The notes: generated by a model not told the origin, from the sequence alone. A DNA stretch of 64,000 nucleotides from an uncultured Acidobacteriota bacterium (GCA_963702425.1 CAVPCQ010000021.1:96001-160000); one strand, 5' to 3'. Counted from the stretch's first letter, positions 31,201 through 44,100 are shown. Translations and numbers: made by a program.

Positions 31201-32693
31201 GCGCGTCGACCGGCGTCGGATCGTGCGTGGGCGGCACCTACGTCGATAGCTGCATTCCGGGAACGCCCGCCCCTTCCGACGCGAGCTGCAACGCGGTCGA
31301 CGACAACTGCGACGGCCTGGTCGACGAGGGCTACGTCGCGCAGAGCACCGGCTGTGGCGTCGGCGCCTGCGCGCGCTCCGGCGCGACCTCGTGCGTTGCC
31401 GGCGTCGAGCAGGACGGCTGCCAGCCCGGTCTGCCGGTCTTCCCCATCGACGAGAACTGCAACGGCGAGGACGAGGACTGCGACGGCTCCGCCGACGAGG
31501 AGTTCCTGCCGACGACCAGCTCGTGCGGCCGCGGCGCCTGCGTGCAGATCGGGAACGTCACCTGCGTGAACGGCCAGATCGACGACACCTGCGTCCCGGG
31601 CGAGCCGCCGTCCCCGGTCGACGACTCCTGCAACGGCGGCGACGACGACTGCGACGGCTCGGTGGACGAGGAGTTCACCCCGCAGCCGACGACCTGCGGG
31701 TCGGGCGCCTGCGCCGCCGCCGGGACGCTGACCTGCTCGAACGGCGTACCGAGCGATTCCTGCACGCCGCTCGGCTCCGGCACCGAGACCTGCAACGGGC
31801 TCGACGACGACTGCGACGGGACGGCGGACAACGGCTTCGCGCTCGGCGGAGCGTGCAGCGCCGGCGTCGGGGCCTGCGAGGCCGCGGGCACGATCGTCTG
31901 CTCGCCTGACGGGCTCGGAACGGTCTGCAGCGCGGTGCCGGGCCCGCCGGCCGCCGACGACAGCCTCTGCAACGCGCAGGACGACGACTGTGACGGCGCG
32001 ACCGACGAGGAGTTCACGCCGCAGGCCACGAGCTGCGGCGCCGGCGCCTGCGCCGCGGCCGGCGTCACCGCCTGCGTCGCCGGCGCGGTCCAGGACTCCT
32101 GCACGCCGGGACCATCCTCGCCCGAGCTCTGCGACGGCCTCGACAACGACTGCGACGCCGCCACCGACGAGGACTTCACGCTCGGCGCGGCCTGCAGCAC
32201 CGGCCTCGGCGCCTGCGAGCGGGCCGGCGTCACCGTCTGCGCGGGCGACGGCTCGGCCGCCGTCTGCGACGCGGCGCCCGGCCTCCCCTCCGACGAGACC
32301 TGCAACGGCCTCGACGACGACTGCGACGGCACCACCGACGATGCGCTTCCGCCGACCGCCGGCACGCTGCTCTCGCTCTCGCGGGGCGTGACCGGGACCG
32401 ATCTCGCCTGGTCGAGCGTCGCGCTCGCGACCGGCTACGACGTGGTCCGAGGCGGCCTGGCGTCGCTTTCCGTGACCGGCGGCGACTTCGCGATCGCCAC
32501 CGACCAGTGCCTCGCCAACGACGATCCCGGCACCAGCGCGCAGGACGCTTCTGCCCCGGCCCCGGGCCAGGGGTTCTGGTACCTGGTCCGCGGCGGCAAT
32601 TGCGGCGGCGTCACCTCGTACAACAGCGCCGGACCGGGCCAGGTCGGCAACCGCGACAGCGGCATCGCGGCCTCGCCAAACGCCTGCCCGTAG
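28206..32693 (+). CDS. Large secreted protein: parallel beta-helix domains, 11 Cys/Asp metal-binding repeats, conserved C-terminal domain
   Basis: GGAGG RBS and signal peptide; RYVAVSGSD...C......CATI..A, I.VAPGTY, NNWWGDPSGP beta-helix hallmarks; C(N/D)xxD(D/N)DCDG repeats at ~55-60 aa spacing; ends FWYLVRGGNCGG...RDSGIAASPNACP. Confidence 0.88.
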   Translation: MRSPSALFSIPSVPLFVLGALAGAVAAPDVLAQCTPEPELCDGVDNDCDGSVDEVRGTRYVAVSGSDGAGSNLCTSPGSPCATITHASNAACVNELISVAPGTYAQDAVLAKAGVTVDSSSSSIDTRLQGTGAGDVVKILASGVIWNGIEVSGGPAGACVRVGDAAHPDVRNVSIQNNPIHSCAVGVLFDSTGSPASGGWNRVLDTIVRNHLGNGQPNSGVGILFVGGSGKTEIKLGQIRDNDGPGLRVVAPPPGGSSSTIRIVGLIISDNGKGVQADGRSALEFSHASDVVVEGNDIRGHVGLGGVTDGGAVRLDAVAGGSILCNRVRDGENGVAALGGTTALSILSNRFTGNTGTALLFDPTSGAGSVVNQDLFSGNAVALDNRNPAPLDARLSWWNAASGPAPGGSGDLVLGAVDSSRFWARGVAPLLVKAPENSGWSWPVAACYALVGPAANAAVDGDLLLVGTGRYIEHAVIDGKRLDIEGIDGGSACSPSQMWGEQSGGSHLPTLRIRNVSGMSINNLSIDGAGQGTTCGQGTGDEINLDLQNVDDSHFTNLCTWQHGVTGVRVYGDSDNNLLQRIRVSGMIRDHEGDDLCGARGREGFLIDGGPACEGGPGAFADGNRIVDVQTFHNSRAITVKLARGTEISSSLVHGVPSGQWDGGVFATAIWVKMSDDTSILDNYDVGNRGMTDAIRIQGRAAADCATENPDSDRTTLRGNTIDMVENGGYCLRVYRGAGDPGTVTAVDASCNTIRGGYQGVRLETADPATSFAMNDLVADTQGLVNLAPDLALAENNWWGDPSGPSGAGPGTGTSVTGNVDFTPWMSSSAFDDADLDGWSECAGDANDADPLIKPVDPCDGFDNDLDGTTDEDFVPQATSCGLGVCARQGATTCVAGVAQDSCAPGPPNDPLDASCNALDDDCDGVVDDGFATTPTACGVGACAATGAISCVGGAVQDTCLPGTPAPDDATCNAVDDDCDGSVDEEFVPGSTACGVGACASTGVGSCVGGTYVDSCIPGTPAPSDASCNAVDDNCDGLVDEGYVAQSTGCGVGACARSGATSCVAGVEQDGCQPGLPVFPIDENCNGEDEDCDGSADEEFLPTTSSCGRGACVQIGNVTCVNGQIDDTCVPGEPPSPVDDSCNGGDDDCDGSVDEEFTPQPTTCGSGACAAAGTLTCSNGVPSDSCTPLGSGTETCNGLDDDCDGTADNGFALGGACSAGVGACEAAGTIVCSPDGLGTVCSAVPGPPAADDSLCNAQDDDCDGATDEEFTPQATSCGAGACAAAGVTACVAGAVQDSCTPGPSSPELCDGLDNDCDAATDEDFTLGAACSTGLGACERAGVTVCAGDGSAAVCDAAPGLPSDETCNGLDDDCDGTTDDALPPTAGTLLSLSRGVTGTDLAWSSVALATGYDVVRGGLASLSVTGGDFAIATDQCLANDDPGTSAQDASAPAPGQGFWYLVRGGNCGGVTSYNSAGPGQVGNRDSGIAASPNACP

Positions 32694-32728
32694 CGAACTC
32701 GACTCCGGGCAGAGCCGTGCCTGCGCGG

Positions 32729-32760
32729 GAGGGCGGGCTGAACGGCCCGCCTCTTCGTTT
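32729..32760 (+). terminator. Probable intrinsic terminator between convergent genes
   Basis: GGCGGGC-tgaacg-GCCCGCC followed by TCTTCGTTT. Confidence 0.6.
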
Positions 32761-33434
32761 CAGGCGAGCGTCCGCGCCAGCCAGGCCCCGACGTCGACGA
32801 ACTCCTGCGGGCTGACGCCGTGCGGGATCGGGTAGCTCTTCCACTCCACGTCGTGGCCGGCGGCGAGCAGCGCCTGCTTCGCCATCACCCCCGCCGGATA
32901 CGGCACCACCGGGTCCTCGGTGCCGTGCGCCAGGAAGAACGGCAGCCCCGCGCGGCCCGCGGGCCGGCCCCCGACCGACTCGTCGGGCAGCAGCAGGTAC
33001 GCCGACAGCGCGATCGCCCCCGCCAGCTGCCACGGAGCGCGGAGCGCGCTGTAGATCGCCATCGCGCCGCCCTGCGAGAATCCCGCCAGCACGACGCGCT
33101 CCGGTGACACTCCCCTCGCCAGCTCCCGCTCGACGAAGCCGCGGACCAGCAGGTCGCTGGCCCGGATCCCGTCCACGTCGTGGCTGCGCTCGTCCATGTC
33201 CAGCGCTGCGATGTCGTACCAGGCGCGCATCACGGCCCCGCCGTTGAGCGTGACCGGCCGGTGCGGCGCGTGCGGGAAGACGAACCGGACCGGCAGGCTC
33301 GCCGGCAGCCCCAGCTCGGTCGTGATCGGGAAGAAGTCCCAGCCGTCGGCCCCGAGGCCGTGCAGCCAGATCACGCTCGCCGTCGCGTCGGGTGGGCCGG
33401 CCTCGATCGACTCGAGCCGCGGCACCGTGCTCAC
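32760..33434 (-). CDS. Phospholipase/carboxylesterase (alpha/beta hydrolase)
   Basis: VIWLHGLGADG, FPHAP..PVTLNGGAVMRAWYDI, GFSQGGA, HGTEDPVVP, H.VSPQE. Confidence 0.93.
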   Translation of the reverse strand: MSTVPRLESIEAGPPDATASVIWLHGLGADGWDFFPITTELGLPASLPVRFVFPHAPHRPVTLNGGAVMRAWYDIAALDMDERSHDVDGIRASDLLVRGFVERELARGVSPERVVLAGFSQGGAMAIYSALRAPWQLAGAIALSAYLLLPDESVGGRPAGRAGLPFFLAHGTEDPVVPYPAGVMAKQALLAAGHDVEWKSYPIPHGVSPQEFVDVGAWLARTLA

Positions 33435-34216
33435 GGCGCGGTCCGGTGGACGATCGTCGCGGTCGCCTGCGCGGTCGGCATCAGCAGGATCTCCTCGACG
33501 TTGACGTGCGGTGGCCGCGTCACGGCCCACAGCACGGCGTCGGCGACGTCGGCGCCGGTGAGCGGCGTCATCCCGACGTACGGCCGGCTGGCCTTGGTCT
33601 CGTCCCACTCGAAGCGCACCAAGCTGAACTCGGTCTCGACCAGCCCCGGCATCACGTTCGTGACCCGGATGCCGTGGCCGTGCAGGTCGACGCGGAAGCC
33701 GCGGTTGAGCATCTCCACCGCTGCCTTGGTGGCGCAGTAGACGTTGCCGCCGGGGTAGATGTCGCGTCCGGCAACCGACCCGATGTTCACGACGTGCCCG
33801 CGGCCGCGGGCGACCATCCCCGGCACGACCACGCGGCTGATGTTGAGCAGGCCGCGCACGTTGGTCTCGATCATCCGGTCCCAGTTGTCGAAGACCCCCT
33901 CCTGGATCGGCTCGATCCCCGCTGCAAGGCCGGCGTTGTTCACCAGGATGTCGATCTCTCCCCAGCCGGCGTCGGTGATCGCGCGGATCGCTTCGGTCAC
34001 GTCCTGCCGGTCGCGCACGTCGATCGTCAGCGCGCCGGCGGCCAGCGGGTCGCCGCGCTTCTCGACCATCGCGTCGCGCAGCGCCTCCAGCCGCTCGCCG
34101 CGCCGGCCGGCGACGATGACCCGCGCCCCCTCGTCGAAGAACGCCCACGCGGTGGCGAGTCCGATCCCCGAGCTGGCGCCCGTGACGAGCGCGAGCTTCC
34201 CGTCGAGCCGTCCCAT
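33431..34216 (-). CDS. SDR oxidoreductase (YdfG-like NADP-dependent 3-hydroxy acid dehydrogenase)
   Basis: TGASSGIG, LVNNAGLA, GSVAG...YPGGNVYCATK, PGLVETEFSLVRF, PPHVNV. Confidence 0.92.
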   Translation of the reverse strand: MGRLDGKLALVTGASSGIGLATAWAFFDEGARVIVAGRRGERLEALRDAMVEKRGDPLAAGALTIDVRDRQDVTEAIRAITDAGWGEIDILVNNAGLAAGIEPIQEGVFDNWDRMIETNVRGLLNISRVVVPGMVARGRGHVVNIGSVAGRDIYPGGNVYCATKAAVEMLNRGFRVDLHGHGIRVTNVMPGLVETEFSLVRFEWDETKASRPYVGMTPLTGADVADAVLWAVTRPPHVNVEEILLMPTAQATATIVHRTAP

Positions 34217-35448
34217 GCCGTGCTCCCCGCCGCCGACCTGCGGCCGGCGGGCATCTTAGTCCGGGTTACCCGCGGTCCGGAGCGCCTCAGCCCCGCCGTG
34301 ACGGCCAACCCGGCGACACACGCCACTGCCGCCGCCGCGTACAGCCCGGTGTCTCCAAGCGGCGCGCGCAACTGGCCGGCCAGCAGCAGCCCCGCGCCTC
34401 CACCGAGCCCGTAGGCCCACATCGAGACCAGCGTCTGCCCCAGTGCCTTGCGTCCGGGCGGCGTCAGGCGGTCGGTCAGCGACACGGTGGCCAGGTGCAG
34501 CAGCCCGAACGACGCCGCATGCAGCAGCTGGCCCGCAACGACGAGCGGCAGCGGCGGGGCCAGCGCGAAGAGCACCCAGCGCACCGCGCCGAGGCCGAGC
34601 GCCCAGCGCATCCCCGAGGCCAGCCCGAGCCGCGACAGCACGCGGTGCCCGGCGGCCATCAGCGCGATCTCGGCCGCGACGCCGAGCGTCCAGAGCGAGC
34701 CGATCGCCCACGGCTCGACGCGCCGCGCCTCCATCTGCAGGGTGAAGAAGTCGTAGTACGGCCCGTGCGCCGCCTGGCCCAGCGCCGCCGCCGCGAAGAC
34801 GACGAGCAGCGCCCGCCAGGGCAGCGCTGCGCGCAGCGCGCCGAGCGAGTGATCGGCCGGGCCGGCGGCCGGCGTCGGATCCATCGCTGCCGCGGAACGC
34901 GCCTCCGCCGCGCCCGCCTCGCGCCCCGGCAGGAAGAACGCGACCGCGCCCGCCAGCGCCATGAAGCCGGCCGCGGTCCACGGCACCGCGCCGAGGCCGA
35001 GCGGCCGCACCAGCAGCCCCAGCCCCTGCGAGGTCGCGATGAAGCCGAACGATCCCCAGAGTCGCACCCGGCCGTAGCGCTCGGGGCGGTCGCCGAGCAG
35101 TGAGAAGGCGGCCGCTTCGGCGAGCGGGAAGATCGGCACGACGAAGAAGCCGTACAGGAAGATCCACGCCAGCGTGGCCGGCACCGAGCGGGCGAGCGCC
35201 GTCCCGGCCAGGCACGCCGCGGCGATCAGCGTGCAGCTTCCCATGATCTCGCGCCGCGCATGCCGGCGATCGGCGAGGTAGCCCCAGAACGGCGTGAAGA
35301 CCATCCGCGCGATCGACCCGGTGGCGAGCGCGGTGCCGATCAGCGCGGGCCCGAAGCCGCGCTCGGCGAGCAGCGGCGGGTACCACGGGAAGAACGCCCC
35401 CACCGTGGCGAAGTTGAGGAAGTAGAAGAGCGAGAGCAGGACGAGCAA
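34027..35448 (-). CDS. MFS transporter (MFS_1-like, HcaT/nucleoside permease type)
   Basis: About 12 TM helices, WGYLADRR, YGRVRLWGSFGF, GVAAEI, QLLHAASFG. The true 3' end is probably near 34260; the ORF overruns the SDR gene by 190 bp. Confidence 0.85.
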   Translation of the reverse strand: MLVLLSLFYFLNFATVGAFFPWYPPLLAERGFGPALIGTALATGSIARMVFTPFWGYLADRRHARREIMGSCTLIAAACLAGTALARSVPATLAWIFLYGFFVVPIFPLAEAAAFSLLGDRPERYGRVRLWGSFGFIATSQGLGLLVRPLGLGAVPWTAAGFMALAGAVAFFLPGREAGAAEARSAAAMDPTPAAGPADHSLGALRAALPWRALLVVFAAAALGQAAHGPYYDFFTLQMEARRVEPWAIGSLWTLGVAAEIALMAAGHRVLSRLGLASGMRWALGLGAVRWVLFALAPPLPLVVAGQLLHAASFGLLHLATVSLTDRLTPPGRKALGQTLVSMWAYGLGGGAGLLLAGQLRAPLGDTGLYAAAAVACVAGLAVTAGLRRSGPRVTRTKMPAGRRSAAGSTAWDGSTGSSRSSRAPARGSDSPPRGRSSTRGRGSSSPAGAASGWRRCATRWSRSAATRWPPAR

Positions 35449-35457
35449 GCCGCGCCT

Positions 35458-36456
35458 CTACCCCGGCTGCGGGATGCCGGGAGCGGGCGCCGCAGGAGCG
35501 ATCGCCGGGACGGGCTCCGCGGCCGGGGCGACGACCGGCAGGCGACGCGTGAGGCGCCGCACCGTGAGCGGCGTCACGCCCTGCGGGTCGCCGTCCACCT
35601 GCACCGCGATGCCGGCGGGGCCCGCGATCGTCACCTCGTCCGCCACCGTGCGCGTCACGACGCCGGGACACCGGTCGAGGCGCCCCGCGAACGCCGTCAG
35701 CATCGCCAGCACGAGATCGCCCCGTCCCGCCGCGGGGAGCGCGACGAGGTCGAGCCGGCCGTCCGTCGGGTCGATCGACGGACCGAGCGTGAACAGGCCG
35801 CCGAAGTGACGGGTGTTGGAGACGATCGCCCACGCGAACGGACCACCGCGGAGCGGCAGCCCGTCGACGGCGAGCTCCAGGGGCGCCCCCCGCCACGCCG
35901 CCAGCGCGTCGACGATCGGCTTCGCGTAGGCTGCCTTGCCGAACGGAGACGGGGCGGCCCCCGCGGCCAGGCGCTCCTCACGCCGGCCGGCGAAGCGCCG
36001 CACGACCTCGGCATCGAAGCCCGCGGCCGCGAACAGCAGCCCGCGACACGGCGGCCCGTCACCCGAGCGGGCCTCGAACAGGTCGAGCAGGCGCAGGGAG
36101 TCAGCGGCGATCAGCCAGGCCAGCCGCCGCGGGTCCGGGCCGAGGCCCAGCTCCTGCGCCAGCACGTTGGCGGTTCCGGACGGCAGGATCGCGAGCGGCG
36201 TCTCGAGCTGCACCAGCCCGTCCGCCGCCTCGCGCGCGGTGCCATCCCCGCCGACGACCGCGAAGCAGCGGCAGCGCCCCTCGTGCTCGGCGGCGATCCG
36301 CGTAATGTCTCCGGCGGCGCTCGACGGGGCCAGCTCGGCCGCGATCCCGAGCGCGCGCAGCGCCTCCGCCAGGTCGGCGGCGAGGCGCGCCGCGCGGCCC
36401 GCGCCCGCGATCGGGTTGAAAGCGATGACGACCGGCCCGTCCTGCACGGACGGCAT
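35458..36456 (-). CDS. Diacylglycerol/lipid kinase family protein (YegS/DgkB-like)
   Basis: NPIAG.G, GGDGT, PSGTANVLA.ELG, AGFDA, DGRLD, QVDGD. Confidence 0.9.
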   Translation of the reverse strand: MPSVQDGPVVIAFNPIAGAGRAARLAADLAEALRALGIAAELAPSSAAGDITRIAAEHEGRCRCFAVVGGDGTAREAADGLVQLETPLAILPSGTANVLAQELGLGPDPRRLAWLIAADSLRLLDLFEARSGDGPPCRGLLFAAAGFDAEVVRRFAGRREERLAAGAAPSPFGKAAYAKPIVDALAAWRGAPLELAVDGLPLRGGPFAWAIVSNTRHFGGLFTLGPSIDPTDGRLDLVALPAAGRGDLVLAMLTAFAGRLDRCPGVVTRTVADEVTIAGPAGIAVQVDGDPQGVTPLTVRRLTRRLPVVAPAAEPVPAIAPAAPAPGIPQPG

Positions 36457-36500
36457 CGTACCCGTCTGCGCTGCCGCTGTGCGCGGGTGGCACCGGGAAC

Positions 36501-36629
36501 GAGCGCGGACGGGCAAGCCCCGGCCGCGCTCGAACCCGGCGCCAGCCGCACATACGGGGAGCGCGGACGGGCAAGCCCCGGCCGCGCTCGAACCCGGCGC
36601 CAGCCGCACATACGGGGAGCGCGGACGGG
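36501..36629. repeat. Perfect 58-bp tandem repeat (2.2 copies) with internal hairpin
   Basis: Unit starts at 36501, 36559 and 36617: GAGCGCGGACGGGCAAGCCCCGGCCGCGCTCGAACCCGGCGCCAGCCGCACATACGGG; stem GAGCGCGG/CCGCGCTC. Confidence 0.9.
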
Positions 36630-36733
36630 TGGCGGCCCCGGGGGGCCTGTGGGATCTTGTCGCGCCCCGGCCGGGAAGCCGCCCCGGGGCGCGGGGGCCG
36701 GCTTGGACGGCCCCCCCTGCCGGCCCGATATTG

Positions 36734-37579
36734 ATGCTGACGATGAGAGATGCCGCCCACCAGGCGCTGGAAGAGCTGCTCTCCCAGCCCGTCGGATCCT
36801 GGTCCCTCGCCGAGGGGGCGCTGGCCATCGCGCGCCTCGAGCACGGCGACCTCGACGCCCCGGCCTGCCTGGCGGAGCTCGACCGGCTCGGTACCGCGGC
36901 GCGCGAGGGGGTCGGCGGCGCGCGGCACCCGCGCTTCGTCGCCGCCGGGATCGCCGAGGTCCTGTTCGGGGACGAGGCGTTCCGGCTCGCCGACGAGGGC
37001 TCCGAGGCGCTCCCCGCGAGCTGCCTGCTGGACCAGGTGCTGGCGACCCGGGTCGCCGCGCCGACGCTCCTGGCGCTGGTCTTCGTCGAGGTCGCCCGCC
37101 GCGCCGGGTTCCGCTTCGAAACCGTCTCGCTGCCGGGCCACTTCCTGCTGCGCCACGGCGCGAGCGAGGAGGTCTTCCTGTTCGACCCGAGCCGGCAGGC
37201 GCGGCCGGTCGCGCTCGACGAGGCGCGGCGGATGGTCGCCGACGGCTCCGGCGGGCGGATCGAATTCCGCGACGGATACCTCCGGCCGCTCACGCCGCCG
37301 CAGGTGCTGGCGCGGATCCTCGCCAACCTCAAGGCGATCTATTGGCGCGGTCCCGAGTACGAGCGGGCGCTCGACGCGGTCGACCTGATGCTGGCGATCC
37401 GGCCCGACGACCCGCGGGAGATCCGCGATCGCGGGCGCCTGCTGTTCCTGATGGGCCGGATGCGGGACGCAATCGTCGCTTTCGAGGCCTACCTGGCGCA
37501 CAATCCGCGCGGCGAGGACGCCGACGTCGTGCGGATGCTGCTGGTCGAGGCGCGCTCCGGGCTCCGCGCCCAGCGCTGA
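36734..37579 (+). CDS. SirB1/YchA family transglutaminase-like + TPR protein
   Basis: LDQVLATR...P.LLALVF.EVARR.G, SLPGHFLLR, FDP, LARILANLK.IY, EIRDRG. Confidence 0.88.
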   Translation: MLTMRDAAHQALEELLSQPVGSWSLAEGALAIARLEHGDLDAPACLAELDRLGTAAREGVGGARHPRFVAAGIAEVLFGDEAFRLADEGSEALPASCLLDQVLATRVAAPTLLALVFVEVARRAGFRFETVSLPGHFLLRHGASEEVFLFDPSRQARPVALDEARRMVADGSGGRIEFRDGYLRPLTPPQVLARILANLKAIYWRGPEYERALDAVDLMLAIRPDDPREIRDRGRLLFLMGRMRDAIVAFEAYLAHNPRGEDADVVRMLLVEARSGLRAQR

Positions 37580-37590
37580 GGACGGCGTCC

Positions 37591-38208
37591 TTGGACATCA
37601 CCGCTGCCGCGCGCACCGTCGTCGACATGTCCGCGCTGTCGTCCGACCAGCGCTACTTCTTCCTGATCTCGGCCGTCGTGCCGCGGCCGATCGCGTGGGT
37701 CTCGACCCGCGCCCGGAACGGCACGACCAACCTGGCGCCGTTCTCGTTCTTCCAGGCCGTCAGCTCGGACCCGCCGGTCGTGATGATCTCGGTCGCGCTC
37801 GAGAAGAGCGACGGGACGACCAAGGACACGCTGGTCAACGTACGGGAAACCGGCGAGTTCGTGGTCAACCTGGTGTCCGAGGAGCTGGCCGAGACGATGG
37901 TCCGGACCTCGGCCGAGCTGCCGCACGGCGAGAGCGAGATCGCGGCGTTCGGGCTGACGCCGATCCCCGCCGTCTCGGTCGCGGCTCCGGCGGTGGCCGA
38001 GGCGAAGGTCGCCCTCGAGTGCCGGCTCTGGCACGAGCTGCCCGTCGGGACCTCGGTCGCCCTGTTCGGCGAGGTGCTGCGGGCCCAGGTCGCGGCGGGG
38101 CTGCTCGACGCGCGCGGGACGATCGATCCGCTGGCGCTGCGGCCGCTCGGACGGCTGGGTGGCTCGCTCTACCTCCCCTTCTCGGAGCCGCGGCGCATCC
38201 GGCGCTGA
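37591..38208 (+). CDS. Flavin reductase-like FMN-binding protein
   Basis: VVPRPIAWVST, NLAPFSFF, KDTLVNVRETGEFVVNLV, LEC, PLGRLGGSLY. Start TTG 37591 or ATG 37627. Confidence 0.9.
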   Translation: MDITAAARTVVDMSALSSDQRYFFLISAVVPRPIAWVSTRARNGTTNLAPFSFFQAVSSDPPVVMISVALEKSDGTTKDTLVNVRETGEFVVNLVSEELAETMVRTSAELPHGESEIAAFGLTPIPAVSVAAPAVAEAKVALECRLWHELPVGTSVALFGEVLRAQVAAGLLDARGTIDPLALRPLGRLGGSLYLPFSEPRRIRR

Positions 38209-38302
38209 CCGGCGGTCGAATCGCCTGACCCCCATCAAGGATCGCTCCCCCCCGGCCGACAAGTCCCCTGACGGGGCCTGCCCGCCCCCAGGGGAGGAAC
38301 GC

Positions 38303-41068
<2,766 letters not shown>

Positions 41069-41128
41069 AATCGGCGGGCGCGCAGGTCCCGCGTCGGCGG
41101 CCTGCCGCGGACGTCCAGGTGTGGAGCG

Positions 41129-44100
41129 ATGAGACCAGTCCGCCGGGTACCGCTCGGGCGCCGGATCGGGCTCGCGCTCTGCCTCGTCCTGCTTGCGGCC
41201 GCGCAGCGCGGCACGCCCCTGGCCCAGCCGTTCGAGCGGATCGGCCCCGGCCTGGGCCTCGGCGCCGAGATGATCACGGCGCTCTACCAGGACCGCACCG
41301 GTTTCCTCTGGGTCGGCACGCGACAGGGGCTCTACCTCTTCGACGGGAACACGTTCCGGCGCTTCGAGCACGACGCCGACGACCCGCACTCGCTGGCCGA
41401 CAGCGCGATCCGAGCGATCTTCGAGGACCGCTCCGGCCGGCTCTGGATCGGCACCAACAGCGGGGGCCTGGATCTCCTCGACCGTGCAAACTGGACGTTC
41501 CAGCACCTCAGGCACGAGTCCGCCGACTCGCACTCGCTGAGCCACGACAGCGTGAACGCGATCGCCGAGGATCCCGACGGCACGCTCTGGGTCGCCACGC
41601 AGAAGGGACTCAACCGGCTCGATCCGCAGACCCGCACCGTCACTCGCATGCTCCCCGACCCGGGCCACCCGCCCGACGCACGGACGCCCGCCAGCGCCTA
41701 CGTCTACTCGCTCTTCGTCGACGGCGGCGGAGCGCTGTGGGTGGGGACGGTGGGGGGCGGCCTCTCCGTCCGCGATCCGGAGACGGGGCGGTTCACCCAC
41801 TACCTTCCCGATCCCTCCCGGCCGGACGCGCTCTCGAGCGACTCGGTCTTCGCCATCACCGCCGACGCGCAGGGAACGATCTGGCTCGCTGCCGGACGAG
41901 AGGTCTGCCACTGGGATCCAGCGACACAGGGGTTCCGTTGCTTTCCCCTCACGGTGGCCGGGAAAGGGGCCGGTCCCGGCCACGTGGTGACCTCGCTCGC
42001 ACACGGAGGCGCGAAGCGGCTGTGGGTCGGCACGCTCTCGGGTCTCTACGCGTTCGATCCAGGGACCGGAACGTTCCGTCCGGCGACTCCTCCCGACGAT
42101 CCCGCGCGCCGCGGACGCCGGAGCCGCGTGATCTCGCTGCTCACCGACCGTTCCGGAACACTCTGGATCGGCACGTGGGAGGACGGCCTGCTGCGGCTCG
42201 GCGCTCCCGACGCCCCGTTCGCGGCGATCGATCACGGACCGGATGGCGCGGCGGGCCTCGGCGATGTCACCGCGCTGTTCGGGAATCGCGACGGGAGGCT
42301 GTGGCTCGCCACGTCGGGCGGCGGTCTGTATCTGAGAGACGCCGGTTCCGCGACCTTCCGGCGCGACGAGCCGCTTCAGAAGATCGCACCGCCCGGCGCG
42401 TCGCTCAGCCTGACCCGCCTGCTCGAGGATCGCGACGGTTTCCTCTGGATCGGGACGACCGGCGCGCTGCTGCGGCTCGACCCGCAGACGGGGGCGGTCC
42501 GGGAGCTCGTTCACGCCATCGACGACCCGGCCAGCATCGGCGCCGGGTTCGTCACCGCCCTGGCCCAGGACCGGGACGGCGTGCTGTGGGTCGGCACCGG
42601 CGAAGGGGGCCTGCAGCGGCTGGGTGCAGATGGCCGCTCGTTCGAGCGCTTCGTGCACGATCCCGCCGACCAGACGACCATCTCGGACAACTACGTCACC
42701 GCGATCCGCGAGGCCCGCGACGGGCGCCTCTGGGTCGGCACACGCTCGGGGGGATTGAACCTGTTCGATCGTCGCACCGGCCGGTTCCGGCGCTTTCGGT
42801 CCGTCCCCGGCGACCCGACGTCGCTCAGCCATCACTACGTCACGTCGATCCTGGAGGACCCCTCCGGCGCGCTCTGGATCGGAACCAGCGGCGGAGGGCT
42901 CGACCGCCTCGAGTCCGTGGAACCGGAGGGCGCGGCACGCTTCACCCATGTCACGGCGAAAGAGGGCCTGGCCGACAACAACGTGATGGCGCTGGCAGCC
43001 GACGACGACGGCAGCCTCTGGATCTCCACCCGCGAGGGGCTCTCCCGCTTCGATCCGCGCCGCCGCATCTTCCGGAACTATGACGCTGCAGACGGTCTCC
43101 CCTCCTCCGAGTTCGAGCCTGCCGCGGTCGCTTCCGGAGAGACAGAGATCTACTTCGGCACGATCAAGGGCGCCGTCGCCGTCCGCCGCGGCACGCCGTT
43201 CCCTGAGGTGGTCCCCTCCCCGACCGTGATCGCCTCGATCCGTACGCTCTCCGGGCCTGTCGCCGCCGGAGAACCGGTCTGGGCGCTCGACGAGCTCGAG
43301 ATCCCGTATGGCGAGGTCCTGATCTTCGACTTCGCGGTCCTCGATTACAGCGATCCGTCCCGCCATCGCTATGCCTACCGTCTCGGCGGCGACGACGCCC
43401 GCTGGGTCGACCTCGGCGCGACACGCAGCATCACCTTCAGCCGGCTCGACCCCGGCCGCCACGAGCTGCGGGTGCGCGGCCGCGACGCCTCCGGCATCTT
43501 CAGCGAAACCGCGCACGGGCTGGTGATTCGCGTCGTCCCGCCGTTCTGGATGACGACCTGGTTCCGCCTGCTGGCCAGCCTCGCACTGCTGGGGGCGGTT
43601 TCCGGCTGGCACCTGGCGCGCACCCGAAGGCTCGAGCGCCGCAACCGCGAACTGCTCGAGCTGCAGGACCAGCGCGAGCAGGCGCTGCGCGAGTCGCGCG
43701 AGAAGGAGGAGCGGCTGCGCGACGCCTATGACCGCCTGCGCGCACTGACGCGCCGCCTCGAAGCCGCGAAGGAGGACGAGCGCAAGCGGATCGCGCGCGA
43801 GCTGCACGACGAGATGGGCCAGGCTCTGACGGCAGCGAAGATCACGCTCGACCTCGCCGAGCGCGCCGCGGCCGGGGGCGCCCGCGGCGGCGGGATGGAG
43901 GGGACCGCCTCGCTGCTCGACCGGATCATCGACCGGGTGCGCGACCTGTCACTCGACCTGCGCCCGCCGCTGCTCGACGAGCGCGGCCTCATCCCCGCGC
44001 TGCGCGGCTACCTCGAGGCGCAGTCCCGCCGCGCGGGGGTGGCGATCGAGGTCGACGCGCCGCCCGACATCGGTCGCTTTCCGCCGGAGCTCGAAATCGC

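Noticed and set aside
30780-32340. Periodic ~170-bp DNA repeats
   Set aside because: Explained by protein-coding Cys/Asp repeats of the large surface protein; not an array or mobile element.
34027-34260. 190-bp overlap of the MFS ORF with the SDR gene as a functional overlap
   Set aside because: The extension is low-complexity and lies beyond the last TM helix; likely stop loss or an indel.
36501-36629. Possible mini CRISPR array
   Set aside because: Sequences between the hairpins are identical, there are only ~2 units, and no cas genes are present.
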